Shown here one piece after another: positions 1 through 8,301 of a stretch of 64,000 bases of DNA. The notes under the pieces are model-generated. The model saw only the letters and a program-made list of their open reading frames with translations. It did no database searches and was not told where the DNA came from. Origin of the DNA: Acidobacteriota bacterium (lineage in GTDB: Bacteria > Acidobacteriota > Aminicenantia > UBA2199); assembly GCA_025456205.1 (NCBI GenBank), contig JALOLA010000002.1, positions 7,363-71,362 on the forward strand, in the 5' to 3' direction. Positions within the stretch are counted from its first letter, which is position 1. The number at the start of each line of letters is the position of its first letter. The translations under genes and the position numbers were made by a program.

Positions 1-1
1 C

Positions 2-1003
2 GAATACCTGATCCAGACCACCATGGACGACCTGCCCTCCAGCGGCGCCGTGCCCGAGGGCCTGACCGACCCCGGCGAGGAGATCTTCCGCCGCAGCACC
101 ACCGACATCAACGACGGCCGCAACAGCTTCGGCATCTTCAACACCCTCTCCTTCATCCAGGAGATCTCCGGCAACAACGACCTCGACGGCTACCGTGACC
201 GCAGCCGCTGGGCGTTCGAGGGGCTGAGCGCCTTTCTCAGGACGGTCTACGACAGCAGCCGCGAGATCAAGGCCCTCGTCGCCCAGTGCCGTGCCGACCT
301 GCTGCGCAAGGCCAAAAACCGCGACGTTGCCGACCCCGTCCACCTGCGCACCATCTACGCCCGCGACCCGCAGCAGCCGGTCCTCAAGCGCAAGAACTAC
401 GTCAAGGAGGACGCCGGCGTCATCGGCATCGCCGCCCGCGACATCAAGGCCCAGGAACCCGTCAGCCGCAACGACCTGCAGCGCCCCGGCCGTAGGCCGC
501 GGGTGGAGGAGATCGAGTTCAAGAACTGGTTCCCGCGCGTTGAATCGCTGGTCACCTGCGCCCGGCCGCTGGGCTATGTCATCCCCGCCAGCCGCCGCGA
601 CGTCATCATCCTCCTGCAGAAGCTGGGTGTCCGGATCTACTGCTTCGACCGCGGCGGCATGCTGGCGGTCGAGGCCTGCCGGGTGGACGATATCATCCAG
701 GGCACGGGCGATTACATCCCGCCGCAGCGCATCACAGTCACCTTCAGCCCCCTGCAGCTGCCGGTGAGCCGCGGCGACTTCCATGTTCCCCTCGACCAGC
801 CGGCCGCCAACCTGGTGCCCCTGCTGCTCGAGCCGCAGTCGGACCTCGGCCTGATCCGCTTCCGCAGCTTCGACCTGGGCCTGGAAAAAGGCGACATTTT
901 TCCCATCTATCGGGTACTGCAGGCTCCCAAGATCCCCTATATGCCGTTGAGCGATTTCCGCGCGTTGCCGGCAAGCTATTTGGGGCTCAAGCCCAGGATC
1001 TGA
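2..1003 (+). CDS. C-terminal part of a peptidase-like protein that resembles the non-catalytic C-terminal region of M14 carboxypeptidase-family proteins. The 5-prime end lies outside the window.
   Basis: The frame is open from base 2 (EYLIQTT precedes the first ATG at 23), with a stop at 1001-1003. The family call rests on remembered similarity only. Confidence 0.45.
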   Translation, partial: EYLIQTTMDDLPSSGAVPEGLTDPGEEIFRRSTTDINDGRNSFGIFNTLSFIQEISGNNDLDGYRDRSRWAFEGLSAFLRTVYDSSREIKALVAQCRADLLRKAKNRDVADPVHLRTIYARDPQQPVLKRKNYVKEDAGVIGIAARDIKAQEPVSRNDLQRPGRRPRVEEIEFKNWFPRVESLVTCARPLGYVIPASRRDVIILLQKLGVRIYCFDRGGMLAVEACRVDDIIQGTGDYIPPQRITVTFSPLQLPVSRGDFHVPLDQPAANLVPLLLEPQSDLGLIRFRSFDLGLEKGDIFPIYRVLQAPKIPYMPLSDFRALPASYLGLKPRI

Positions 1004-1010
1004 CCGAACT

Positions 1011-1103
1011 CAGTGGTTGTGATAGTGATCGTGTCAGCAGCCGCAATATAGCAAATTTATATTATTTCGCTTGTTTTTCCTGCCACTACCACTCTCTTGC
1101 TGT
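1011..1103. repeat. Hexamer word arrays: a GTGATA-type arm at 1011-1040 and a CCACTA-type arm at 1079-1103, around an AT-rich core.
   Basis: The sequence cagtggttgtgatagtgatcgtgtcagcag ... cctgccactaccactctcttgctg lies between convergent gene ends. The same word families occur at 31341-31414, 41387-41419 and 44152-44302. Confidence 0.55.
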
Positions 1104-1385
1104 TTATAACGACCCGCTGTAGCTGGTATTGCTCTCCCCGTCCCGCGCCACCCAGCCGACGCGATCCCTGAGCCGCGCGGCGAACTCCGGCACGGTCCAG
1201 TCGCTGCCGGCCCAGCCGATATCGACCTGGGCCATGAAGCGCCGCGGCGCCTTGCCGCTTTCGAGCAGCGTGACAATGTAATAACAGTTGTCGTTGCGCT
1301 GGTCGTAGCTGTCGAACCCTGCCGTCCACGAGCGGGATGGATCGATGACAATAGGTTCGCTGAAACAAGGCCATGCGAATTCCAT
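1104..1385 (-). CDS. Hypothetical 93-aa protein, second gene of a two-gene minus-strand operon.
   Basis: ATG is preceded by GGAGG with 5-nt spacing. It starts 14 nt after the stop of the upstream gene. No recognisable family. Confidence 0.6.
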   Translation of the reverse strand: MEFAWPCFSEPIVIDPSRSWTAGFDSYDQRNDNCYYIVTLLESGKAPRRFMAQVDIGWAGSDWTVPEFAARLRDRVGWVARDGESNTSYSGSL

Positions 1386-1399
1386 GACTGCCTCCGCTG

Positions 1400-2128
1400 T
1401 TATTTCAATTTCCCCGGCGCGAGTTCACGGTCGAGCAGCTCCAGGTAGCCTTCCAGCCACGGGGTGCTGATGCCGATGCACGCCTCGCCGCCGTTGGGGA
1501 ATTTCTCCCAGGCTTCCAGTATGGAGCGGGCGACGAAGCGCGCCGTTTTGTCATCATCGCTTTTGTCGGGCAGGGTAAAGAGGAGGGAGCGGCAGACGCG
1601 GGCATGGGCGTTCGCCCAAACGGCAAGGATCTCCGGGCCGGCGCGGCGCAGCGCCTCCACCAGGGCCTGGAGCCTGGCACGCAGCCGGCCGGCGTCCTGC
1701 CGGTGGCGATCCATGGTCTCGCGGGCCTCCTTCTCCTCGGCCGGGTTGGGCCGGCCGTGGTCGATGTAGTCGCCCAGGCTGCCGGCGGCACCCTGCAGGT
1801 CGTCGATCTCGCGGCGCAGTCGCTCCAGCAGCACGGCCTGCTCCAGGCAAAAAGCCGTCGCCTGGGAGGGGGACATGCGGGCCAGTTCCTCCTGGTCCTC
1901 GCTGCCGTTGATCATGTACTCGTGGCTCTGGAGATAACCATAGAACGTGCCGCATTGCGGGCAGCGGCGCGCGTGCGCCTTTTCGGGATCGGCCGTTGGG
2001 TCAATGACCGGCAGGACGATCAGCCGCTGCGCCGCTTCCGGCAGGGGACGATCCTGCTCCGGCGCCAGGTATTTGGCAAAGGAAGTCTCAGTGTCCTTGA
2101 GCGGACCACAGATCGGGCAGGCAACGAT
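1400..2128 (-). CDS. Hypothetical protein with an N-terminal CPICG...CPQCG zinc-ribbon. The proposed start is ATC at 2128. The ATG-only version is 1400-1915.
   Basis: The frame is open from TAA at about 2149. GGAGG lies 6 nt before ATC, and a TTGCTG-17-TATAAT promoter lies just upstream. There is no ATG, GTG or TTG between the stop and residue 72. Confidence 0.55.
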   Translation of the reverse strand: MVACPICGPLKDTETSFAKYLAPEQDRPLPEAAQRLIVLPVIDPTADPEKAHARRCPQCGTFYGYLQSHEYMINGSEDQEELARMSPSQATAFCLEQAVLLERLRREIDDLQGAAGSLGDYIDHGRPNPAEEKEARETMDRHRQDAGRLRARLQALVEALRRAGPEILAVWANAHARVCRSLLFTLPDKSDDDKTARFVARSILEAWEKFPNGGEACIGISTPWLEGYLELLDRELAPGKLK

Positions 2129-2145
2129 GGTATACCTCCAGAAAA

Positions 2146-2174
2146 ATTATATAAGGTTCAGCCCCGGGCAGCAA
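2146..2174 (-). promoter_or_regulatory. Sigma70-like promoter TTGCTG-17-TATAAT for the 2128-1104 operon.
   Basis: On the minus strand the -35 is at 2174-2169 and the -10 at 2151-2146, 17 nt upstream of the ATC and followed by GGAGG. Confidence 0.4.
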
Positions 2175-2389
2175 GTATCAGGCTTTAACCGAGCCGACAG
2201 TCGTAGTGCCAGTGATCGTGTCGGTTGCTGTTTTCTCTTACCATAAGCCTCACGCCGGCTGCTTTTTTCTTCCCTTACACTTTTCGCCGAGTGTTGTTTC
2301 CGGCCTTTCCTCGCCCGCATCCGGAACTAATCGCTGCCGGGCTGCGTTCTGAGTATTGTGAATGGCAACGCATCGTCAGGAGACGTTTT

Positions 2390-3472
2390 ATGAAAACCAG
2401 AATTCAATCCGTCATTTGCCTGGTCGTGCTGGCCGGGCTGCTGCCACTGGACGGCGGCGCCTGCACCACCCTTTGCCTGAAGGAAAAAAACGGGAACCTG
2501 TTTTACGGCCGCAACTTCGATTTCCCTGTCGGCCAGGGGCATATTCACGTCAATCAGAAAAACCAGCTGAAAACGGCCATGATCGACGCGCCGGAAAAAT
2601 CGCTCACCTGGATATCCAGGTACGGCAGCATCAGCTTCAACCAGAACGGCCGGGAATTTCCCTACGGCGGCATGAACGAGGCCGGACTGGTCATCGAGCA
2701 GATGATGCATGAAAATGAGGAAGCGAAGTATCCCATCCTGGACGACCGGTTCGGTTTGGCCGAACTGCAGTGGATCCAGTACCAGCTGGATGTTTCCGCC
2801 TCGGTCGCGGACGTCATTGCCAGCGACAAAACGGTGCGCGTCTCCTTTACTTCGGTGGTGCCGCTTCATTTCCTTGCTGCCGACGCCGGCGGCGACGTGG
2901 CCGTCATCGAGTACGTGAACGGAAAGATGGTCGTCCATACCGGCAAAGACTTGAAGTACCCGGTGCTGGCCAACACGACCTATGACATTTCCCTGGCCGT
3001 CAAGGCGACGCTGGATGCTGCGGCCGCCGACACCGCCCCCGCTGCGGGCAGCGCTCCGTTCAACCGTTTCGCCATCGCGGCCGGCATGGTCGAGGCCTTC
3101 CGGCCGGGCAGCGCCCCGGCCCTGGACCAGACGTTCGCCATTTTAAAAAGCGTTTCCCATGGCGGCACGCAATGGAGCATCGTCTATGACCTGAAAAACA
3201 GGGCGATCCACTACCATACGCGCACCAACCCAAGCCTGCGCCGTCTCTCCCTGGATCTCTTTGATTTCTCCTGCGCCGCCGGCAAACTGTTCGTCGACAT
3301 CGAGGAAAACGCCAATGCGGTCGCGGATTTCAAGGCCAGCGACTACGCGAGCAATTTGAAACTGATCGAAAGCGTGTGGGAAAACGTAAACTTCCTCAAG
3401 GCGCTGCCGCTGGAACTCAGGCTGTCCTTCGCCAAATATCCCGCCGGCGTCGCCTGCGATAAGGCTCAATGA
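2390..3472 (+). CDS. Choloylglycine hydrolase / linear amide C-N hydrolase family (Ntn hydrolase), secreted.
   Basis: A signal peptide ends in GGAC, exposing the catalytic Cys (CTTLCL). NFDF and GMNEAGL motifs are present. AGGAG lies 7 nt before the ATG at 2390. The upstream TTG-started extension was rejected. Confidence 0.85.
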   Translation: MKTRIQSVICLVVLAGLLPLDGGACTTLCLKEKNGNLFYGRNFDFPVGQGHIHVNQKNQLKTAMIDAPEKSLTWISRYGSISFNQNGREFPYGGMNEAGLVIEQMMHENEEAKYPILDDRFGLAELQWIQYQLDVSASVADVIASDKTVRVSFTSVVPLHFLAADAGGDVAVIEYVNGKMVVHTGKDLKYPVLANTTYDISLAVKATLDAAAADTAPAAGSAPFNRFAIAAGMVEAFRPGSAPALDQTFAILKSVSHGGTQWSIVYDLKNRAIHYHTRTNPSLRRLSLDLFDFSCAAGKLFVDIEENANAVADFKASDYASNLKLIESVWENVNFLKALPLELRLSFAKYPAGVACDKAQ

Positions 3473-3798
3473 AGGGACTCATACCCCAGAGATATCGCCC
3501 GCAACTTCGCCTGAAATTTCACGACCGTACTTTACCAGCTGAAAAAATGGAGGCCGCCGGCATCCTCTACAGCCAATTGCGGGGCAAGGTGCGCCTGTAC
3601 GGGCTCGATCCGCGCTATCCCTTCCGCAAGGAACTGGAATCGTTGCTGAAGAAAGCCTTCGATTTTCTTTCCCAGGACGACAAGGATAAATACTACATCT
3701 GCCGCCGCCGTCCGCGCCAGTCTGGAAAGCCAGGGTTTGGCCTCAGGCCGGGCCTCTGGGGACGCCCTCTGTTTGAAATTCCCATCACTATTCTTTAG
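3469..3798 (+). CDS. Hypothetical 109-aa protein.
   Basis: ATGA start/stop overlap with the upstream gene. The first two thirds have protein-like composition. No family recognised. Confidence 0.35.
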   Translation: MKGLIPQRYRPQLRLKFHDRTLPAEKMEAAGILYSQLRGKVRLYGLDPRYPFRKELESLLKKAFDFLSQDDKDKYYICRRRPRQSGKPGFGLRPGLWGRPLFEIPITIL

Positions 3799-3869
3799 AA
3801 TTCGATCATGGACAAGGCGGTTTTCCTGCCGGCTGCATCGCGGCTGAAGACAGAGACAAAGGAGGGCCA

Positions 3870-5132
3870 ATGAAAATACATGTTTTTGTTCCAGCATTGA
3901 TGCTGCTTTGTTTTTTTGCTTTTGGCCGGCAAAATACTTCCCCAACAGATGAATCCAAGGCCGAAAAGAAGATCACGTATTATGAGAATGGCGCCAAAAA
4001 AAGCGAAGGAATTTTCAAGAACGGCAAGTATGAAGGGCCTTATGTCGAATGGCATCCCAATGGCGCCAAAAGCGAGGAGGGGCAATACAAGAACGGGAAA
4101 ATTCACGGCCTGTGGCTCTTCTGGTATGATGACGGCAAGCCGCGCGGCAAGGGGGAATACGAAAACGGAACAGGTATCGGCACCCATGTATTCTGGCACA
4201 GGTCCGGGGCGAAGCACGCGGAAGTATCCCTGAAAAACGGAAAATTTCACGGTACATACAGGGAATTCAACCCGGACGGAAAGCTGTTAGAAGAAGTCGA
4301 ATTCAACGAGGGCGTACGCGATGGAGCCTTCACCTGGTGGCATGAGAACGGTAAAAAAGCCATAGCCGGGCGCCTCAGTAACGACAAGCGAACCGGCAAA
4401 TGGACCTCCTGGGACCAACAAGGCGAGAGGTTTACCGAACGGGAGTACAAGGATGGCAAGGTGGTGGCAGAGGACAGGGAATTCAATGCAAGAAGCCTGG
4501 CCAACAACAGGGCGACATACGAGATCATGACCCCCCGGGACTATGCAGCGGACCAGAAGCATCCTCTGGTCCTGGTGCTGCATAGCGGCAGCGGCAGTAT
4601 CCTGCACGACAAGACGTTCTGGAAGGCCGATCAATTGAAGGAATTGCAGGAAGGGTTCATTTTCGCTTTTCTTCAATCATCCCAGGTATTTGAAACGAAC
4701 TGCTACAATTGGGATGATCCCGAAAAAGCCAGGAAGGACATCCGGGAACTTTACGACCAGATCATTCAAAAATATCCGGTTGACGCCAATCAGGTCATCC
4801 TGATGGGCATGTATCAGGGCGGACAGATGGCGATCGACGCCGCCGTTCGCAATACCGTGCCGGCCAGGGGCTTTTTTGTCTGCCGTCCGTTGAAGTCGGA
4901 AAATCTGGACAAGGAAACAGTCAAGCGGGCGGCGATGCGTGGAGTTCGCGGCACGATCCTGACCGGGGAGGGGGACAAGACCCTCCTGGTGGTGTCCGAA
5001 GAAATGAGCGCGCTGTTCAAGGAGATGGGCCTTGTGCATCGCTACATCGTCATTCCTGAAATGGGACCGCCAGTCCCCCTCGATTCCACAGAACAATTTA
5101 AATCGGCCGCCGCCTATATATTCGGCCAATAA
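3870..5132 (+). CDS. Secreted fusion of MORN-variant (YwqK-type) repeats and a C-terminal alpha/beta-hydrolase (esterase-like) domain.
   Basis: AAGGAGGG SD. Signal peptide. About 7 repeats of the G-x-Y-x-x-G-K-x-x-G-x-W type. The C-terminal half resembles a phospholipase/carboxylesterase fold. GC is visibly low. Confidence 0.75.
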   Translation: MKIHVFVPALMLLCFFAFGRQNTSPTDESKAEKKITYYENGAKKSEGIFKNGKYEGPYVEWHPNGAKSEEGQYKNGKIHGLWLFWYDDGKPRGKGEYENGTGIGTHVFWHRSGAKHAEVSLKNGKFHGTYREFNPDGKLLEEVEFNEGVRDGAFTWWHENGKKAIAGRLSNDKRTGKWTSWDQQGERFTEREYKDGKVVAEDREFNARSLANNRATYEIMTPRDYAADQKHPLVLVLHSGSGSILHDKTFWKADQLKELQEGFIFAFLQSSQVFETNCYNWDDPEKARKDIRELYDQIIQKYPVDANQVILMGMYQGGQMAIDAAVRNTVPARGFFVCRPLKSENLDKETVKRAAMRGVRGTILTGEGDKTLLVVSEEMSALFKEMGLVHRYIVIPEMGPPVPLDSTEQFKSAAAYIFGQ

Positions 5133-5325
5133 ATCCAGGGACAGACTGGGGGACAGTGCTTGGCTATATGTTTTTAGGGTGTCACTCTGATTTTATGAGA
5201 AGAAGAAGGCTGATCTTCGCGGGGGGTATTCCATCACAGGGCATTGAGGTCGGGTCTTTCATGATTGCATTTGATCTGACAAAATGAATTCGCCAGCCAG
5301 GCTGTTTTTGGATGCCCGTGAACAG

Positions 5326-5354
5326 TTGCAATTAACCTGGATTGCTCCTACAAT
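5326..5354 (+). promoter_or_regulatory. Sigma70-like promoter TTGCAA-17-TACAAT, predicted to give a leaderless mRNA.
   Basis: The -10 ends 6 nt before the ATG at 5361. There is no SD in between. Confidence 0.5.
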
Positions 5355-5360
5355 TTATCC

Positions 5361-6182
5361 ATGAAAAAGATGATCTTGCGCGCGGGATTCCTGGCGATAT
5401 TCATCTTCTGCATCCTTGGGCCTGCGGCTCGCGCCGGAGGCTGGCCAGGGGAAAAGGCGGGTCCGGACAACTCGGGCCTTGCCCGCTTTGCCGGAACCTG
5501 GACGGGTCATGGGGCGGGCGAGGAAGTAAGGTTCAGGGACAAGAACGGGATGCTGGTGCTCACCGTCAAGCACAAAGCCGAATTCGTCTTCCAGGTCGAC
5601 AAGGGTGGCAAGGTCGAGGGCGAGGGGACCATAGAGTACGACCTGGAAAGAAACACCTCCGGCCTGGATGACCTTGTCGCCGGTGTCCATTCGCTGATGG
5701 GTCTGGCGCAGGTCCCCGAGATCGGCGTGAAAGGGGGGTTCGGCGAGGCGACAAAAAAGGCCGGCGAACAGGCTACCGACGTCAAGGGGGTGACCAAGAT
5801 CCAGTACGATGCCCCGCACTTGAAGAACGGGCCTGAGATCCGGCATTTCAAGTTCACGGGGACGGTCCACCAGGGCACGTACAAGAACAGCGAGGGGAAG
5901 GACCTCGGGGGCTTCCTGATCTCGCTGGATGAAGTGCTGAATTTTACGCTGATGGGCGGAGAACCCGACAACACCCTGGTCGCCGAATACGAGGTCAACA
6001 AGGTGAAAACCGAGGCCAGCTTCCCCTGCTGGTCCCCGTTCATCGAGGGGGACGGCATCATCCGCCAGGGCCCCGGAACCATCCATGTCGCCGAATTCCA
6101 GCAGAAAGGCAGCCATCGCAAAGGCAAACGCGTTTGGGAGGAATACGGCTACGTCTGGCTCGCCCGCCAGGTCGCAAAATAA
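5361..6182 (+). CDS. Secreted hypothetical protein (273 aa).
   Basis: Clear signal peptide (MKKMILRAGFLAIFIFCILGPAARA). Long clean ORF. No family recognised. Confidence 0.7.
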   Translation: MKKMILRAGFLAIFIFCILGPAARAGGWPGEKAGPDNSGLARFAGTWTGHGAGEEVRFRDKNGMLVLTVKHKAEFVFQVDKGGKVEGEGTIEYDLERNTSGLDDLVAGVHSLMGLAQVPEIGVKGGFGEATKKAGEQATDVKGVTKIQYDAPHLKNGPEIRHFKFTGTVHQGTYKNSEGKDLGGFLISLDEVLNFTLMGGEPDNTLVAEYEVNKVKTEASFPCWSPFIEGDGIIRQGPGTIHVAEFQQKGSHRKGKRVWEEYGYVWLARQVAK

Positions 6183-6348
6183 GCAGACTTTTTAGAGGGA
6201 ATCGGGGGGCAATCGGGAACGGTGCTGGACTGTGTTACTTCGGCGAAATGAGATCTCTGGGCCAAGGTCTCAAAATCGGGAAACCTCCGGAGTCAGGCCT
6301 CGATATTAGACATTCGCCCGGGATCCTTTAGAACGTTTTTGGCAGTCA

Positions 6349-6380
6349 TTGAGATAATTTGCTTTTACCATCTATATAAT
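6349..6380 (+). promoter_or_regulatory. Possible promoter TTGAGA-18-TATATA(AT).
   Basis: AT-rich stretch 30 nt upstream of the AAGGAGG SD of the 6409 gene. Confidence 0.3.
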
Positions 6381-6408
6381 CAGCAACGGAGGCGAACAAG
6401 GAGGCAAA

Positions 6409-6861
6409 ATGAAAGAAGAAAAATGGCGATTGGTTTCATTTGTCGTTGTACTGCTCTTCGTCGGTCAGACCCTGGTTTTCGGCACAGCCTATCTGCGGCG
6501 CTGCAAAGGGGGAAGTATCCTCATCGATCCTGAGTTCAACAAACTGGCCATTCATTTGAACATAGCCGCTTCCCATACTCATGTGGGTGCCGGGGAAACG
6601 GCATGGGTAGACAGGACTTTGAATGCGGATGAGCAGCCAGGCCTGATTTTAAAGAATCCGCTTGCCGGAATGAGCGTTGGGACAATTACTGTCACCTCCA
6701 TGGGCTCCGGCAATCATTTCCTGGGGAAAACTGTTTTTGGCAGCTTGACTCCCTTGGCCGAAAAGCTGGCCCGGGCTGTGTTCAGTAATAGAGAATATCT
6801 GATCATGGTGGAAAAAATCGGGGGTTTTTTCGAAATTGTTTCCATTCAACCCTATCTGTAG
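6409..6861 (+). CDS. Hypothetical protein with an N-terminal membrane anchor (150 aa).
   Basis: AAGGAGG lies 5 nt before the ATG. Hydrophobic N-terminus. Low GC. Confidence 0.6.
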   Translation: MKEEKWRLVSFVVVLLFVGQTLVFGTAYLRRCKGGSILIDPEFNKLAIHLNIAASHTHVGAGETAWVDRTLNADEQPGLILKNPLAGMSVGTITVTSMGSGNHFLGKTVFGSLTPLAEKLARAVFSNREYLIMVEKIGGFFEIVSIQPYL

Positions 6862-6897
6862 TCGGTCACTGGACCATAGCGCAGACAATTAGGAACG

Positions 6898-7233
6898 ATG
6901 CTTTACTTTGTCACTTTGGCGGCAAAAACTGGAGCTATGCGCAGGGAGAGGCTGACATATCCGGGAGCGTTCCGTCACGTTATGGGTCGGGTATCAGGGC
7001 CAGGTCTTGAAATAATTATTTTGTTTAACCCCGGCGATATCAGGAAGATGAACCAGGCGATCTTTCCGGGGCTGAAGGCAAGGTGCGAAGAACTGATGGC
7101 GCGGCATCCCGATCGCAGGGAGCTATTCGCCGGCTATGTCCGCCGGCAGGTCGAGGAGAACGCCTTTTTAGAGAACGGCGTCGTCTGCGCGGTGATGGCG
7201 ATGCGGAGGAAAAGCGCCGCGGACGGCGCTTGA
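6898..7233 (+). pseudogene. Chimeric relic made of an N-terminal remnant of an IS200-like/REP-associated Y1 transposase (about 6937-6995) joined to a C-terminal remnant of a methyltransferase paralogous to 54057-54836 (about 7036-7212).
   Basis: RRERLTYPGAFRHVMGR matches the conserved PR-x-x-x-PGA-x-YHV-x-x-RG N-terminus of Y1 transposases. ARCEELMARHPDRRELFAGYVRRQVEENAFLENGVVCAV aligns with KRCRELMELHPGQRELFANYIRRQVEENGWLENRITCAV at the end of the 54057 gene. Confidence 0.6.
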
Positions 7234-7325
7234 GCCGCTGACCCGGCGAGAAAACCACCGTCCCCCTTCTCCCCCTTCCTCCCTTTTTCTATCCGTGGTC
7301 CGCATGCCCTTATTCCTCTCTCCTA

Positions 7326-7334
7326 TGCTATCAT
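7326..7334 (+). promoter_or_regulatory. Extended -10 element TGcTATCAT, predicted leaderless.
   Basis: The hexamer ends 6 nt before the ATG at 7341. No SD (ctctcc). Confidence 0.4.
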
Positions 7335-7340
7335 CTCTCC

Positions 7341-8072
7341 ATGAGCAATGAACTGGGGAACAGGTCGTATCGCGCCATCAAATGGCTGTGGCTGCTGCTG
7401 CAGGCCCTGATCCTGCCCCTGGCAGCCCTGCATGCCGTATCGCCGGCGATCCGCTGGCCGCTGGCCGGTACGCGCGGCATCGCCGGGATCCTGCCGACGC
7501 TGTTGCTGGGTCTCGTCGGCGCCCTCTTTCTTATCTTCTGGCTGATCGCTCAGGCGCTGCTCTCCATGGCCCGTTTCCCCCTGACCCTGAAAGGGGGAGC
7601 GCTCCTGGTCGGCGGCACCATTGCCCAGTTCACCTCCCTGGTCGTTTCGGGCGGCTCGTTCACGGCAGCGGCGTATGCGGTGTTTTTCGCCACCCTGGCG
7701 GCCCTGATCGTGCTGGCCGCCATCATGGCCGTGATGGCCAGCCGCCGGCGGATCGGCTCCCCGCGCGCCAGGCTGGCCGCCCTGCTGGCCCTGCTGCCGG
7801 CGGTGGGGCTGGCCTGGTTCCTGGCAACGCCGCTGCTCCCGGCGTTCTCCCGCCCGTCCTCATGGCGGCCGGCGCTCGACTGGCTGGTCCTGGCCCTCAA
7901 TTCCGGCCTGATCGTCTTCAGCCTCTACCGTTTCTCCGTCTTTGCCCCGCCTCCTGACAGCGACGCGGCCTACGGCCGGGAATGGGAGCGCTGGGCCGCC
8001 CCGACCATCATCATCCTGATCCTTTCGGCGACCGCCGCCATCGTGCTGGCGGGAATTGCCAGAAGGGCATAG
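7341..8072 (+). CDS. Polytopic membrane protein, unknown family.
   Basis: 243 aa with about 7 hydrophobic helices. Confidence 0.7.
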   Translation: MSNELGNRSYRAIKWLWLLLQALILPLAALHAVSPAIRWPLAGTRGIAGILPTLLLGLVGALFLIFWLIAQALLSMARFPLTLKGGALLVGGTIAQFTSLVVSGGSFTAAAYAVFFATLAALIVLAAIMAVMASRRRIGSPRARLAALLALLPAVGLAWFLATPLLPAFSRPSSWRPALDWLVLALNSGLIVFSLYRFSVFAPPPDSDAAYGREWERWAAPTIIILILSATAAIVLAGIARRA

Positions 8073-8301
8073 GGTTATTCGAGCCCGGTGTTACCCTGAA
8101 AGCCGCCCCGCCCCACTCCGACGGGGTCCCGACTTTTGGGGACGCTTGCAATATTAGAATTAGGACTTTGGACTTTCATTTATCCGTTTCAGCTCGTTTT
8201 CGTGATCAGCAATTCGCTCAGGCTCAGACGGGTGCAATTGTAAAGGAAAGCCTGCATGGCAAAAACGGTGGTATGACGGGGAAGATGCCGGGTTTGACGA
8301 C

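Noticed and set aside
3870-5132. The MORN/YwqK-type repeats as evidence for a toxin-antitoxin module.
   Set aside because: The protein is secreted and fused to a hydrolase domain. No toxin partner gene is adjacent. The YwqK label is only a repeat-family name.
8073-8301. An AT-rich convergent spacer with ggacttt-ggacttt and a gtccc/ggggac stem, as a possible sRNA or terminator.
   Set aside because: The stem is short and lacks a U-tract. There is no promoter-like signal and nothing distinguishes it from a plain 3-prime UTR.
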